DNA from: Mobula birostris
Lineage: Eukaryota
Direction of reading: 5' to 3'
NCBI RefSeq assembly: GCF_030028105.1
Contig: NC_092374.1
Location: forward strand, 7,277,334-7,341,333
Length of the DNA stretch: 64,000 bases
In this document: positions 51,801 to 60,440 of the stretch, piece after piece
How positions within the stretch are numbered: position 1 is the first letter of the stretch
Layout: the number at the start of each line of letters is the position of its first letter
Translations under genes and position numbers: made by a program
The notes under the pieces: model-generated
Databases searched by the model: none
What the model was told of the DNA's origin: nothing
The model's input: only the letters and a program-made list of their open reading frames with translations

Positions 51801-52970
51801 CCCAGGCTCAGGCAAGGCCCCGACAGGGGGCCCATTGAAGGTCGGGGGGCCACCCTGTGTGAAGGACTGTCTGAGATGGAGATGTGGTGGGGAAACGGAA
51901 CTCATCACCAGCCGAGGCTGGGAGTGGCCGACATAACACTCAGCCCCGGAGTCTGGACACATAATACAATGGGTGCTGGAGATCCCGACCCATCCCTGAA
52001 CACTGCAGAAGATGCCGAGATGGTGTGGGAGAGAGCAACGGCCTCTGTGGACCTGCTGGAGTCCATAGTGGGTGGGGGACAGGCCCCTCCCATTGGTGCT
52101 GCCTTCCTCTGTTGCTCAGTGCTGCCTTCCTCTATTGCTCAGTGCTGCCCTCCAGTGTTCACTTAGTGAGAGACAAGCTGGACCAGGACAACATCCAATC
52201 TACCATCAAGCTACAAGCCAGAACACTCAGGAACTTGGGCTATATTATGTATTTTTGTGACTGTATGTTTTTCTGCTATCGTAACGATGTGTACCGTGTG
52301 CTGTTGCTACTCTGCTTTACACTTTGTCCCTGGAGAAACTCTGTTTTGTTGTGCTGTATGCATGTGTGGCTGATTGACAATTAAACTTGAATTTGAATGT
52401 GGCGACAGGTTCTTTTCCGGGTCTGATCTACAGTCAGATCTCACTCGGGGACAGACGATAAACCCGGGGTGGGGGTTGATTAGAGAAAGGATAATGGTAG
52501 CAGGCTTCACTTCTCCCCCCCAGCCCCCCAACTCCCAAAACCCTCCCCATACCCTGCAGAATGTGTCAATGGTTTCTTACCTGGTCTGACCTGCAGCTGG
52601 ATCTCACTCTGGAACACATGGATAAATGGGGGTTTGACGTGATCTCTGTCGAATGAATCATCATGGTTCATTTTCCTGAACTCAGCCAGACACAGGTAGC
52701 TGTGACTGTCCTCCACACTCAGCTGCTTTATCCTGATCGAGACGTTTCCCTGCTCTGGGTCCCCGACGAGCTCGTACCGAGTCACTCCGTTTTCCGCTGC
52801 CCACGATCCATTTTCATAACGCCTGAATGTGACGATGTGTCGGTAGGGATCCTTCCTCATCCACGTCACCGTGTGTGCGGTGAGGCTCTGCGGAGGCCGT
52901 GTGAACACACAGGGTAACGTGGCCGAAGCTCCCTCGGTTCCAGTCATCACAGAGGCACTCTCGCCGGGAG
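3846..52970 (-). CDS. Spliced IgSF V-set transmembrane receptor with tyrosine-motif cytoplasmic tail (SIGLEC15/PILR-like V domain; 5'-partial, leader not in window)
   Basis: Eleven exons, all with AG acceptors and (except the terminal exon) GT donors. Phases chain into one open frame if all are included: [178 protein letters not shown]. Assembled manually; no transcript evidence. Confidence 0.82.
4626..6097 (+). mobile_element. Solo LTR-like element containing an expanded G-rich minisatellite
   Basis: TGTAC...TTACA termini; TSD TACG (4622-4625)/TACA (6098-6101). Removal restores the CR1 tail ttctacgtcttac. Orientation tentative. Confidence 0.6.
4805..5760. repeat. G-rich minisatellite of interleaved ~19-21 bp units (ggagagacggggagtcgga / ggagagacggggaggacggt)
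   Basis: Direct inspection; explains the spurious long ORFs at 4757-5889. Confidence 0.95.
6920..7190. repeat. (tgaagac/tgaagat)n short tandem repeat
   Basis: Direct inspection. Confidence 0.95.
7633..7683 (-). CDS. Cytoplasmic exon 5 (51 nt, phase 1-1), VTYETG motif
   Basis: Acceptor tgctcttgttgcacag, donor AATG|gtgagc. Encodes [17 protein letters not shown]. Confidence 0.75.
7705..8130. repeat. CT-rich polypyrimidine low-complexity tract
   Basis: About 420 nt almost entirely C/T on the plus strand. Confidence 0.9.
8378..8455 (-). CDS. Cytoplasmic exon 4, copy a (78 nt, phase 1-1), [12 protein letters not shown]-like motif
   Basis: Acceptor tctctctccttacag, donor CGAG|gtacag. Encodes [26 protein letters not shown]. 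An in-frame alternative donor GGAG|gtgaga would end the exon at 8414. Confidence 0.75.
9198..9275 (-). CDS. Cytoplasmic exon 4, copy b (78 nt, phase 1-1), CTYASI ITIM-like motif
   Basis: Acceptor ctctcctccttacag, donor GGAG|gtacag. Encodes [26 protein letters not shown]. The donor position is inferred; homology to copy a decays shortly after it. Confidence 0.7.
9330..10130 (-). mobile_element. Rex1/Babar-like LINE fragment (left flank of the exon-3 duplication), with small CR1 insert ~9570-9730
   Basis: [26 protein letters not shown] and [11 protein letters not shown] remnants. Confidence 0.75.
11021..11074 (-). CDS. Cytoplasmic exon 3, copy a (54 nt, phase 1-1), PLYDNI motif
   Basis: Acceptor tctgtgttacag, donor AAAG|gtaaac. 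Exon sequence identical to 13977-14030. Confidence 0.78.
12170..13080 (-). mobile_element. Rex1/Babar-like LINE fragment (junction copy of the duplication)
   Basis: ORF 12314-12742 ([31 protein letters not shown]) and ttcaatgaa-type tail. Confidence 0.8.
13977..14030 (-). CDS. Cytoplasmic exon 3, copy b (54 nt, phase 1-1), PLYDNI motif
   Basis: Acceptor tctgtgttgcag, donor AAAG|gtaaac. Encodes [18 protein letters not shown]. Confidence 0.78.
15125..16330 (-). mobile_element. Rex1/Babar-like LINE fragment (right flank of the duplication)
   Basis: ORFs 15270-15635 and 16129-16329 ([24 protein letters not shown]). Confidence 0.8.
16481..16630. repeat. 55-bp minisatellite, ~2.7 copies
   Basis: gacg(a/g)agtct recurs at 16511, 16566 and 16621; all three minus-strand frames contain stops. 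Confidence 0.85.
17396..19095 (-). mobile_element. CR1 LINE ORF2 RT + 3' end, degenerate
   Basis: [54 protein letters not shown]; (catagaaa) tail at the left. Confidence 0.92.
19096..21310 (+). mobile_element. CR1 LINE ORF2 (linker + RT + 3' end), 5'-truncated
   Basis: ORF 19101-20321 ([26 protein letters not shown]), then FADD and [10 protein letters not shown] segments with stops and frameshifts. Confidence 0.93.
21311..22320. mobile_element. Two abutting CR1 fragments (minus ~21311-21695; plus ~21696-22320)
   Basis: [15 protein letters not shown] linker on minus; KKAYGVL..LDHTW and 3' tail on plus. Confidence 0.8.
22445..22497 (-). CDS. Cytoplasmic exon 2 (53 nt, phase 2-1)
   Basis: Acceptor ttggttcttttctcgacag, donor TCAG|gtactg. 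Encodes [17 protein letters not shown]; sits in an island of non-repeat sequence. Confidence 0.78.
23040..24760 (-). mobile_element. Rex1/L2-like LINE 3' fragment hosting the solo LTR
   Basis: (aatcag)n tail; [50 protein letters not shown]. Confidence 0.8.
23209..24098 (+). mobile_element. Solo LTR (890 bp)
   Basis: TGTTAC...GTAACA inverted termini; exact 4-bp TSD GTGC (23205-23208, 24099-24102); AATAAA near 24032; interrupts a LINE 3' tail. Confidence 0.85.
25322..25790 (-). mobile_element. CR1 3' fragment of a young subfamily, nearly identical to 39225-39760
   Basis: [38 protein letters not shown]; catagaaa tail. Confidence 0.9.
27955..28110. repeat. ~30-bp minisatellite (cacccctggcactccttctctgcccc)
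   Basis: About five copies by inspection. Confidence 0.9.
30140..31265 (+). mobile_element. Rex1/Babar-like RT fragment interrupted by a Penelope-end insert (30488-30689)
   Basis: [53 protein letters not shown]. Confidence 0.85.
32809..32848 (-). CDS. Cytoplasmic exon 1 (40 nt, phase 1-2)
   Basis: Acceptor tctttttatttctttag, donor AAAG|gtaagg. Encodes [13 protein letters not shown](R) and supplies exactly the phase shift the 53-nt exon needs. Confidence 0.8.
32950..33480. repeat. Degenerate C-rich tandem repeat filling the intron between the TM exon and cytoplasmic exon 1
   Basis: Recurrent ccactgaatcccctcccacatcccacagacactccccc units. Confidence 0.85.
33516..33605 (-). CDS. Stalk + transmembrane exon (90 nt, phase 1-1)
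   Basis: Acceptor ctctctgtctcacag, donor AAAG|gtgagc. Encodes [30 protein letters not shown]: about 21 hydrophobic residues, then a KKK stop-transfer, with no charged TM residue. Confidence 0.9.
34135..37020 (-). mobile_element. CR1 LINE near-complete ORF2 (APE endonuclease + RT), degenerate
   Basis: [32 protein letters not shown]; [24 protein letters not shown]; (ataaccat) tail. Confidence 0.93.
37350..41830 (-). mobile_element. CR1 LINE with 5'UTR/ORF1 remnant and deleted ORF2, carrying nested fragments (CR1 39225-39760, Rex-like ~40745-40990)
   Basis: [14 protein letters not shown] endonuclease start; [10 protein letters not shown]; ORF1-type WVTVRKGKG and zinc-finger remnant near 41500-41620. 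Confidence 0.82.
45333..45722 (-). CDS. Ig V-set domain exon, proximal copy (390 nt, phase 1-1)
   Basis: Same acceptor and donor as the distal copy, open frame, canonical Cys/Trp/Cys. 17 nt differences from the 52581-52970 copy by manual alignment. Confidence 0.93.
46010..48298. repeat. ~23-bp degenerate satellite (agtacagtgtaacaacactaatc), ~2.3 kb, with inserts; short homologous stub at 53255-53335
   Basis: Direct inspection; each unit contains the inverted repeat agtgt..acact. Confidence 0.93.
46338..46506. repeat. ~80-bp near-perfect inverted repeat derived from Penelope-like termini
   Basis: 46338-46418 is the reverse complement of 46425-46506 with few mismatches; loop of about 6 nt. 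Confidence 0.9.
52581..52970 (-). CDS. Ig V-set domain exon, distal copy (390 nt, phase 1-1)
   Basis: Acceptor cctgtccttccctcag, donor CCAG|gtaaga. Encodes [66 protein letters not shown], with B-strand Cys, C-strand Trp and the DxxxYxC motif. Confidence 0.93.
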
Positions 52971-55936
52971 CTGAGGGAAGGACAGGTGCCAGAATAAATC
53001 AGTTAACCACCACCAAACATGTTTAACACTGAGAAAATTTCCAGCTTGGAAAATCATAAAAACTCCCCTCAGCACCCTCCCAAATGAAAACACCCCCACA
53101 TGTGTTTGATTAATTGCAAGCCATTCCAACAAGAGAAACTCTTTCGAACATAAAATAGTCCCATCGGGCAGGAGGTAGAGAAGCCTAAATCTCACACCAC
53201 CACATTCAGGAACAGCTAATTCCCTTCAACCATTCAGTTGTTGAACCAATTGACACCAACACTGATCAGTAAAGTATAACACCAATCAGTACAGTGTAAC
53301 ATCACTAGTCAGTACAGTGTAACAACACTAATTCATACAGGGTAGTTTTTTTCTTTTTCAGCGGTTTGATCGAGGTATGACTACACAGGCACGTGGACGT
53401 CAGCGAGTTAGACTGGCAGGCAGAGTTCAAAAAGAAGACAGCTTTATAGAGTGGGTACCAGAGTGGAGGGAGTCAGAGTAAGAAGGCTTTGGCTAAACAG
53501 AGCTTTGGTGATAACGCGTCGAAGCGAGGTAAGTTACTTGTGTAGAATAGAAACAGGAAGCAAGTCTGTGAGGCCAGTGTTCTGTACTGGGTGTCAGATG
53601 TGGGAAGTCCGGGAGACTCTCAGCCTCCCGGACAGCCACGTCTGCAATAGGTGTGTAGCCCCCCCGGCCAGCCTCAGGGTCGCTCGGCTCGCTGTCATCT
53701 AGGGAAACAGCCCTTGGCCCCGCCAAACCGGGTAATTAGTTTGTGTGGATGCTGTGTGATGTACCCCACCCCACCCAAATAACAGACAATACACCAGATA
53801 CAATTAAATGATTTACAGTTTATAGATATTACGGGAACTATATAATTAACAGAGAATAAAATATAAAAGGAAAATAAAAGGTGCCACACTTATCAAAGTT
53901 CAATCACTTCGTGCACAAACAGTTGGAGCTCAGGACCCTTCTTCTTCACCCTGCGACCCCTCGGACCACCTCGAAAGGCTGCCTGGGACCAACAACGGTG
54001 GTCGACCAGATGCTCCACGTGAGTCCGTCTCCATCTCCTCCCCTCGCCGAATGCCCCGCTCGGGGTCCGACCCCGTTAGCAGACTCACAACACCTGGTCC
54101 ATCCTCTGTCTCTTTCTCTCGCCTTTTACCCTAAAACCCCGCGCATACAATATCTTACAGACACACCAAAAGCATAACAACTATCCCTATTGGTTCATAA
54201 CATCTTCTTAACAGTAACGTGATCCAAACAAACTGCTAGCAAACTTGTTATGCTAACTGTTATCAGCAGTTAACATAACAAAGGATCCATTTTAATTAGA
54301 TTACACAGTGACGTAAAAAAAAGAAACCCCTTACAATCTCCCCCCACCAAATAAAGTCATGTCCTCATGACTTCTAAGTAACTTGCCAACCAGTCCTACA
54401 GACACAGAAATCCATCCAGATACACACAGTGACATTGCTCCCCAAACAGTGGACTTTCCCCCGTCCACGGGCACTACATAGGCCAACCTATCTGAGAGCT
54501 TCCTGATCCTCCGAGACCTCCGTACCCCCTCACCTAAACCCAAAAGGCTCAGACACTACTAGGGATACCTCGGGCCTACTTGCCAACTCCTCTCTCACTC
54601 AGGCCACCATTACAACTCAGAGCCCCCTGTCCTGTGTCCGGGACCCCGCCTCTCCTCCTTCCTGATCCTGCCGTAACTCAGACTGTCCACAACTAGCCCT
54701 CCCCACTACATCTGACTCAGTGGGAGAAGGGCCAAAGGTCTCTTCCTCAATGACGGGGAAGTTAGCGAAAGGCAGCATGTACCACATGTCCAGCACATCA
54801 TCCTTCGAATCCGTATTCGTCCTCATTCCCTCGCTCGGTAGCTGCTGTTTGAGTTTCTCCAAACTGAAACATTTAGCCGGGGCTACCCCTTCAGCCTCCT
54901 GCAGTCGAGACGTCAGCTTCTTCGGGCACTCCTTCAGCTGTCGCCACAGCCTCAGCAGTTCTGACTCAGGGTTCTTGGCCATCTCAATCTGGCACGCAGT
55001 TACCCCACCAGCTTCTTCTACCGTGACCTGAAAAGTAGCGGTTAAAGGATGTTCAGCCTCCAGTTTTTACTTCCTGATGACTTCTTCCAGGTCAACTTCC
55101 AGTTTTTCCACTTCATTTGAACTGTCAACAGTTGTCTTCAGGTTCCTTTCAAGCGTCCGCCTCCCTTTTCTGAGATCTGTCCTCCATTTCTTCACCTCCT
55201 CGGGAGTGTAGTCAAACTCCCCTCCCTGGGCTCTCAGTTTTCTGTTGGCCTGAGTCAAAACACTTCCTTGATCTTCCCCCACTTGTAAGTCTTCCAATCT
55301 TTTCTGGATCGACGTCTTGAGTTTCTGCTGATCCCTTCGAAGGTGAGTCATTGTTTCTTCTGGCTGGATTAATTATCAGTACACGATCGCAGTGTCGGCT
55401 CGGAATTCTGTAGCTCCTTCTCCACGTTGACAAGCGTGAATTCCAAGTCTGCAATGGTCGTCCCACAAGTGCGGCACTCAGTCTCCAGCCGGCATTTCTG
55501 AGCACTCAGTTCAGTGGTGCAAATCCCCTCTCTTCCCTATGTCTCATTCAGATTGACGACCTGGGTTTCCATCCCCAGGTCCACCACCATCTATTCCAAC
55601 ATCAGGAAGCTCAACTGGTATGTCGGGTCATTTTTCTGACGTTGCACCAAACTGCTCTGCCCAAAAACTCCTCCACCTTTGACACTTCACTTCCGTCGCC
55701 CGGGCTCAGCCACTCGTCTCGCCTCATAGTCCCCCCAGGCGAATCCAAGCTCTAGGCGGTCATCCACATATGTCAAAACCCCACACACCTTCACTTCCCC
55801 CATGGTCTTCCTCATGTCCCGCGGGAAGGATGCAGGGGCTCCGGATATGCCCTTGGGCATCTTTTCGGATCGGAAGAATCTTAGGGAACTAATAACAGCT
55901 GCCTTTAGCTCAACAGCCGCACTCCTCGGGATCTGG

Positions 55937-56405
55937 CATAGTGGTCATAGTCATACTTTATTAATCCCGGGGGAAATTGGTTTTTGTTACAGTTGCACCT
56001 TAAATAATTAAATAGTAATAAAACCATAAATAATTAAATAGTAATATGTAAATTATGCCAGGAAATAAGTCCAGGACCAGCCTACTGGCTCAGGGTGTCT
56101 GACCCTCCAAGGGAGGAGTTGTAAAGTTTGATGGCCACAGGCAGGAATGACTTCCTATGACGCTCTGTGTTGCATCTCAGTGGAATGAGTCTCTGGCTGA
56201 ATGTACTCCTGTGCCCAACCAGTACATTATGTAGTGGATGGGAGACATTGTCCAAGATGGCATGCAACTTGGACCGCATCCTCTTTTCAGACACCACCGT
56301 GAGAGAGTCCAGTTCCATCCCCACAACATCACTGGTCCTACGAATGAGTTTGTTGATTCTGTTGGTGTCTGCTACCCTCAGTCTGCTGCCCCAGCACACC
56401 ACAGC
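55937..56405 (-). mobile_element. Rex/L2-like LINE 3' fragment inserted in the Gypsy RT
   Basis: [33 protein letters not shown] with (catagt) tail; splits DLRSG from CQIP; same family as 26720-26970. Confidence 0.8.
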
Positions 56406-57591
56406 AGCATCCACTCCTCAGATCCAGCACATTAAACCACATAGCATAATCCACACACACGCTGCCTCCATCTTCCACTGTGCCAGGGTCCAGTTGCCAC
56501 GACCTCTCTCTCACTGAGGTGTCTTCAGCGGTCAACTCCCCCCTCGTGGTAGTTTGGAGTGTCTACTAAGAGGGTCTCACCCTCAGCTACTTACCCCAGG
56601 CTGCACCACAGCTGGGTTTTGTTTAAATTTGGTACTGGCTCAAGGCTGCTACACACGTCCTCAGAAGCAACTCGACACGCTGGGTGCCCAGACAATGCCC
56701 CCATGAACTCCAGGGTCATTAACCAATCATCGTCGCCTGGATAACTACTGGCACTGGTCCCCCAAACTCCGGTGCCCTTGCGGTTTGTCAAGGGTAAATG
56801 CTTCAGACACCGGTTGTAAAACGAACTGTACAACAACTTGACCTGTGCCCCGGGGTCGAGGATGGCTTTAGCATCGCTTCCCTCTATCCATAGCGACACC
56901 CTGGGGCGTGGCCCCTCTAAGCCTTCAGGAATAGGGTCTTTTCCTTTCGGAAGTTCATCGGTACATTGCTGGGAACGTGCTCTCCCAGAGACCTCAAGCC
57001 GTTCCCCCACTGGGCCTCCACTAAGTTTCCCGACACCTCTCTGATCAGCTGAACAACTGAGGGAGGGGCTGATCCCCTGAAATGATCCCCCTGGCACTGC
57101 AAGCAATTTAGCCGCTCTCCTAGCCAGAGAGGACACACTGAAAACTTTCCCCCCTCTTTCAAATAACTGACAGATGTCACTACGGTGTAAGTGAACCTGA
57201 CAGTAACACCGTCACCAGCCCGCCTACTCAAACTTTCAACCCATCCCTGTTGCTCTCCCTCAGCCGAGCACTGCCACTCATCTAACAACTGAGAGATCCG
57301 CTCCACCCACATCTCGCATGCCTCCGCCCCTCTTGGGGTGGACACTATCCCAAACGCCAGATGGAGTCTGCCAGAGCTAGAACATCTATTCGCAGACATT
57401 ACCTCCAAATCAGACCACTCTTTCCTCTCTCTCCCAACAGCGTGGACAGCCCCGAGTGCCACCTGCAACTCATCAATGCTAGTCTGAACTCGAACAAACA
57501 CCTCACCCAACACGCATGCAGCAATAACCAGCAAATAACCCACAGATTACGGATTTAAACAGGGCAACCACACAGCATACCAGCAGATCCA

Positions 57592-57609
57592 ATTCTGGAC
57601 GAGCCCCCA
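57592..57609 (-). promoter_or_regulatory. Primer-binding site, tRNA-Pro type
   Basis: TGGGGGCTCGTCCAGAAT, a 16/18 match to the canonical tRNA-Pro PBS TGGGGGCTCGTCCGGGAT, 3 nt inside the 5' LTR boundary. Confidence 0.88.
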
Positions 57610-58206
57610 CAATGTAGTCCCCCCCACACCAGGCCAGCCTCAGGGTCGCTCAGCTCTCTGTCGTCTAGGGAAACAGCCCTCAGCCCCGCCAAACTGGGTA
57701 ATTAGTTTGTGTGGATGCTGTGTGATGTACCCCACCCCGCCCAAATAACAGAGAATACACCAGATACGATTAAATGATTTACAGTTTATAGATATTACTG
57801 GAACTATATAATTAATACAGAATAAAATATAAAAAGAAAATAAAAGGCACCACACTTATCAAAGTTCAATTTCCTCGTGCACAAACAGTTGGAGCTCAGG
57901 ACCCTTCTTCTTCACCCTGCGACCCCTCGGACCACCTTGACCGGCCACCTGGGACCAACAACGGTCGACCAGACGCTCCACACGAATCAATCTCCGTCTC
58001 CTCTCCTCGCCAAAAGCCCCGCTCGGGGTCCGACCCCGTTAGCAGACTCACAACACCTGGTCCATCCTCTGTCTGTCTCTCTCACCTTTTGCCTCAAAAC
58101 CCCGCGCATTCAATATCTTACAGACACACCAAAAGCATAACAACTATCCCAATTGGTTCATAACATCTCTTATCAGTAACGTGATCTAAACAAACTGTTA
58201 GTGGGA

Positions 58207-60440
58207 CGAACAACAGGAATTCTGCAGATGCTGGAAATTCAAGCAACACACATCAAAGTTGCTGGTGAATGCAGCAGGCCAGGCAGCATCCCTAGGAAGA
58301 GGTACAGTCCACGTTTCAGGCCGAGACCCTTCGTCAGGACTAACTGAAGGAAGAGTGAGTAAGAGATTTGAAAGTTGGAGGGGGAGGGGGAGATCCAAAA
58401 TGATAGGAGAAGACAGGAGGGGGAGGGATGGAGCCAAGAGCTGGACAGGTGATTGGCAAAAGGGATACGAGAGGATCATGGGACAGGAGGTCCGGGGAGA
58501 AAGACAAGGAGGGGGTGGGGACCCAGAGGATGGGCAAGGGGTATATTCAGATGGACAGAGGGAGAAAAAGGAGAGTGAGAGAAAGAATGTGTGTATAAAA
58601 ATAAGTAACAGATGGGGTACGAGGGGGAGGTGGGGCACTAGCAGGAGTTAGAGAAGTCGATGTTCATGCCATCAGGTTGGAGGCTACCCCGATGGAATAT
58701 AAGGTGTTGTTTGCCCAACCTGAGTGTGGCTTCATCTTTACAGTAGAGGAGGCCGTGGATAGACATGTCAGAATGGGAATGGGATGTGGAATTAAAATGT
58801 GTGGCCACTGGGAAATCCTGCTTTCTCTGGTGGACAGAGCGTAGATGTTCAGCAAAGCAGTCTCCCAGTCTGCGTCGGGTCTCGCCAATATATAAAAGGC
58901 CACATCGGGAGCACCGGACGCAGTATATCACCCCAGTCGACTCACAGGTGAAGTGTTGCCTCACCTGGAACAACTGTTTGGGGCCCTGAATGGTGGTAAG
59001 GGAGGAAGTGTAAGGGCATGTGTAGCACTTGTTCCGCTTACACGGGTAAGTGCCAGGAGGGAGATCAGTGGGGAGGGATGGAGGGGACGAATGGACAAGG
59101 GAGTCGCGTAGGGAGCGATCCCTGCGGAAAGCAGAGAGTGGGGGGGGGGAAGATGTGCTTAGTGGTGAGATCCCATTGGACGTGGTGGAAGGAGGTGGAG
59201 GGTCCCTGTCTCTTGCAAAAACACCATCCCCTTCTCGCAATTCCTCCGTCTCCGCCGCATCTGCTCTCAGGATGAGACTTTTCATTCTAGGACGAGGGAG
59301 ATATCCTCCTTTTTTAAAGAAATGGGCTTCCCTTCCTCCACTATCAACTCTGCTCTCAAACGCATCTCCCCCATTTCACATACATCTGCTCTCACTCCAT
59401 CCTCCCGCCACCCCACTAGGAATAGGGTTCCCCTGGTCCTCACCTACCACCCCACCAGCCTCCGGGTCCAATATATTATTCTCCGTAACTTCCGCCACCT
59501 CCAACGGGATCCCACCACTAAGCACATCTTTCCCTCCCCCCCCCTCTGCATTCCACAGGGATTGCTCCCTACACAACTCCCTTGTCCATTCGTCCCCCCC
59601 ATCCCTCCCCACTGATCTCCCTCCTGGCACTTATCCATGTAAGCGGAACAAGTGCTACACATGCCCTTACACTTCCTCCCTCACCACCATTCAGGGCCCC
59701 AAACAGTCCTTCCAGGTGAGGCGACACTTCACCTGTGAGTCGGCTGGAGTGATATACTGCGTCCAGTGCTCCCGATGTGGCCTTTTATATATTGGTGAGA
59801 CCCGACGCAAACTGGGAGACCGCTTTGCTGAACACCTATGCTCTGTCCGCCAGAGAAAGCAGGATCTCCCAGCGGCCACACATTTTAATTTCACATCCCA
59901 TTCCCATTCTGACATGTCTATCCACGGCCTCCTCTACTGTAAAGATGAAGCCACACTCAGGTTGGAGGAACAACACCTTATATTCCGTCTGGGTAGCCTC
60001 CAACCTGATGGCATGAACATCGACTTCTCTAACTTCCGCTAATGCCCCACCTCCCCCTCGTACCCCATCTGTTACTTATTTTTATACACACATTCTTCCT
60101 CTCACTCTACTTTTTCTCCCTCTGTCCCTCTGAATATACCCCTTGCCCATCCTCTGGGTCCCCGCCCCCCCCCCCCCGCTTGTCTTTCTTCCCGGACCTC
60201 CTGTCCCATGATCCTCTCATATCCCTTTTGCCAATCACCTGTCCAGCTCTTGGCTCTATCCCTCCCCCTCCTGTCTTCTCCTATCATTTTGGATCTCCCC
60301 CTCCCCCTCCAACTTTCAAATCCCTTACTCACTCTTCCTTCAGTTAGTCCTGACGAAGGGTCTCGGCCTGAAATGTCGACTGCACGTCTTCCTAGAGATG
60401 CTGCCTGGCCTGCTGTGTTCACCAACAACTTTGATGTGTG
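58207..60440. mobile_element. Penelope-like element (RT C-terminus + GIY-YIG endonuclease) with inverted partial duplicate
   Basis: Plus arm IPFSQFLRLRRICS..VIYCVQCSRCGLLYIGETRR..RFAEH..GMNIDF; mirror arm on minus 58207-59190; 12-bp TSD ctgttagtggga (58195-58206)/ctgttagcggga (60441-60452). Confidence 0.92.

Larger units (their letters stand above)
41840..53340. repeat. Tandem duplication carrying the V exon (unit 1 ~41840-48298; unit 2 ~48299-53340, truncated by a CR1)
   Basis: Collinear blocks: 41846/48301, 43860/49870, 44330/51175, V exons offset 7248, 45723-46010/52971-53260 (~5% divergent by manual count). No leader or TM exon found inside either unit. Confidence 0.9.

Noticed and set aside
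41840-53340. V-exon duplication as a haplotype or assembly artefact
   Set aside because: About 5% intronic divergence plus several unit-specific insertions of hundreds of bp is more than expected for alleles. Spanning reads would settle it.
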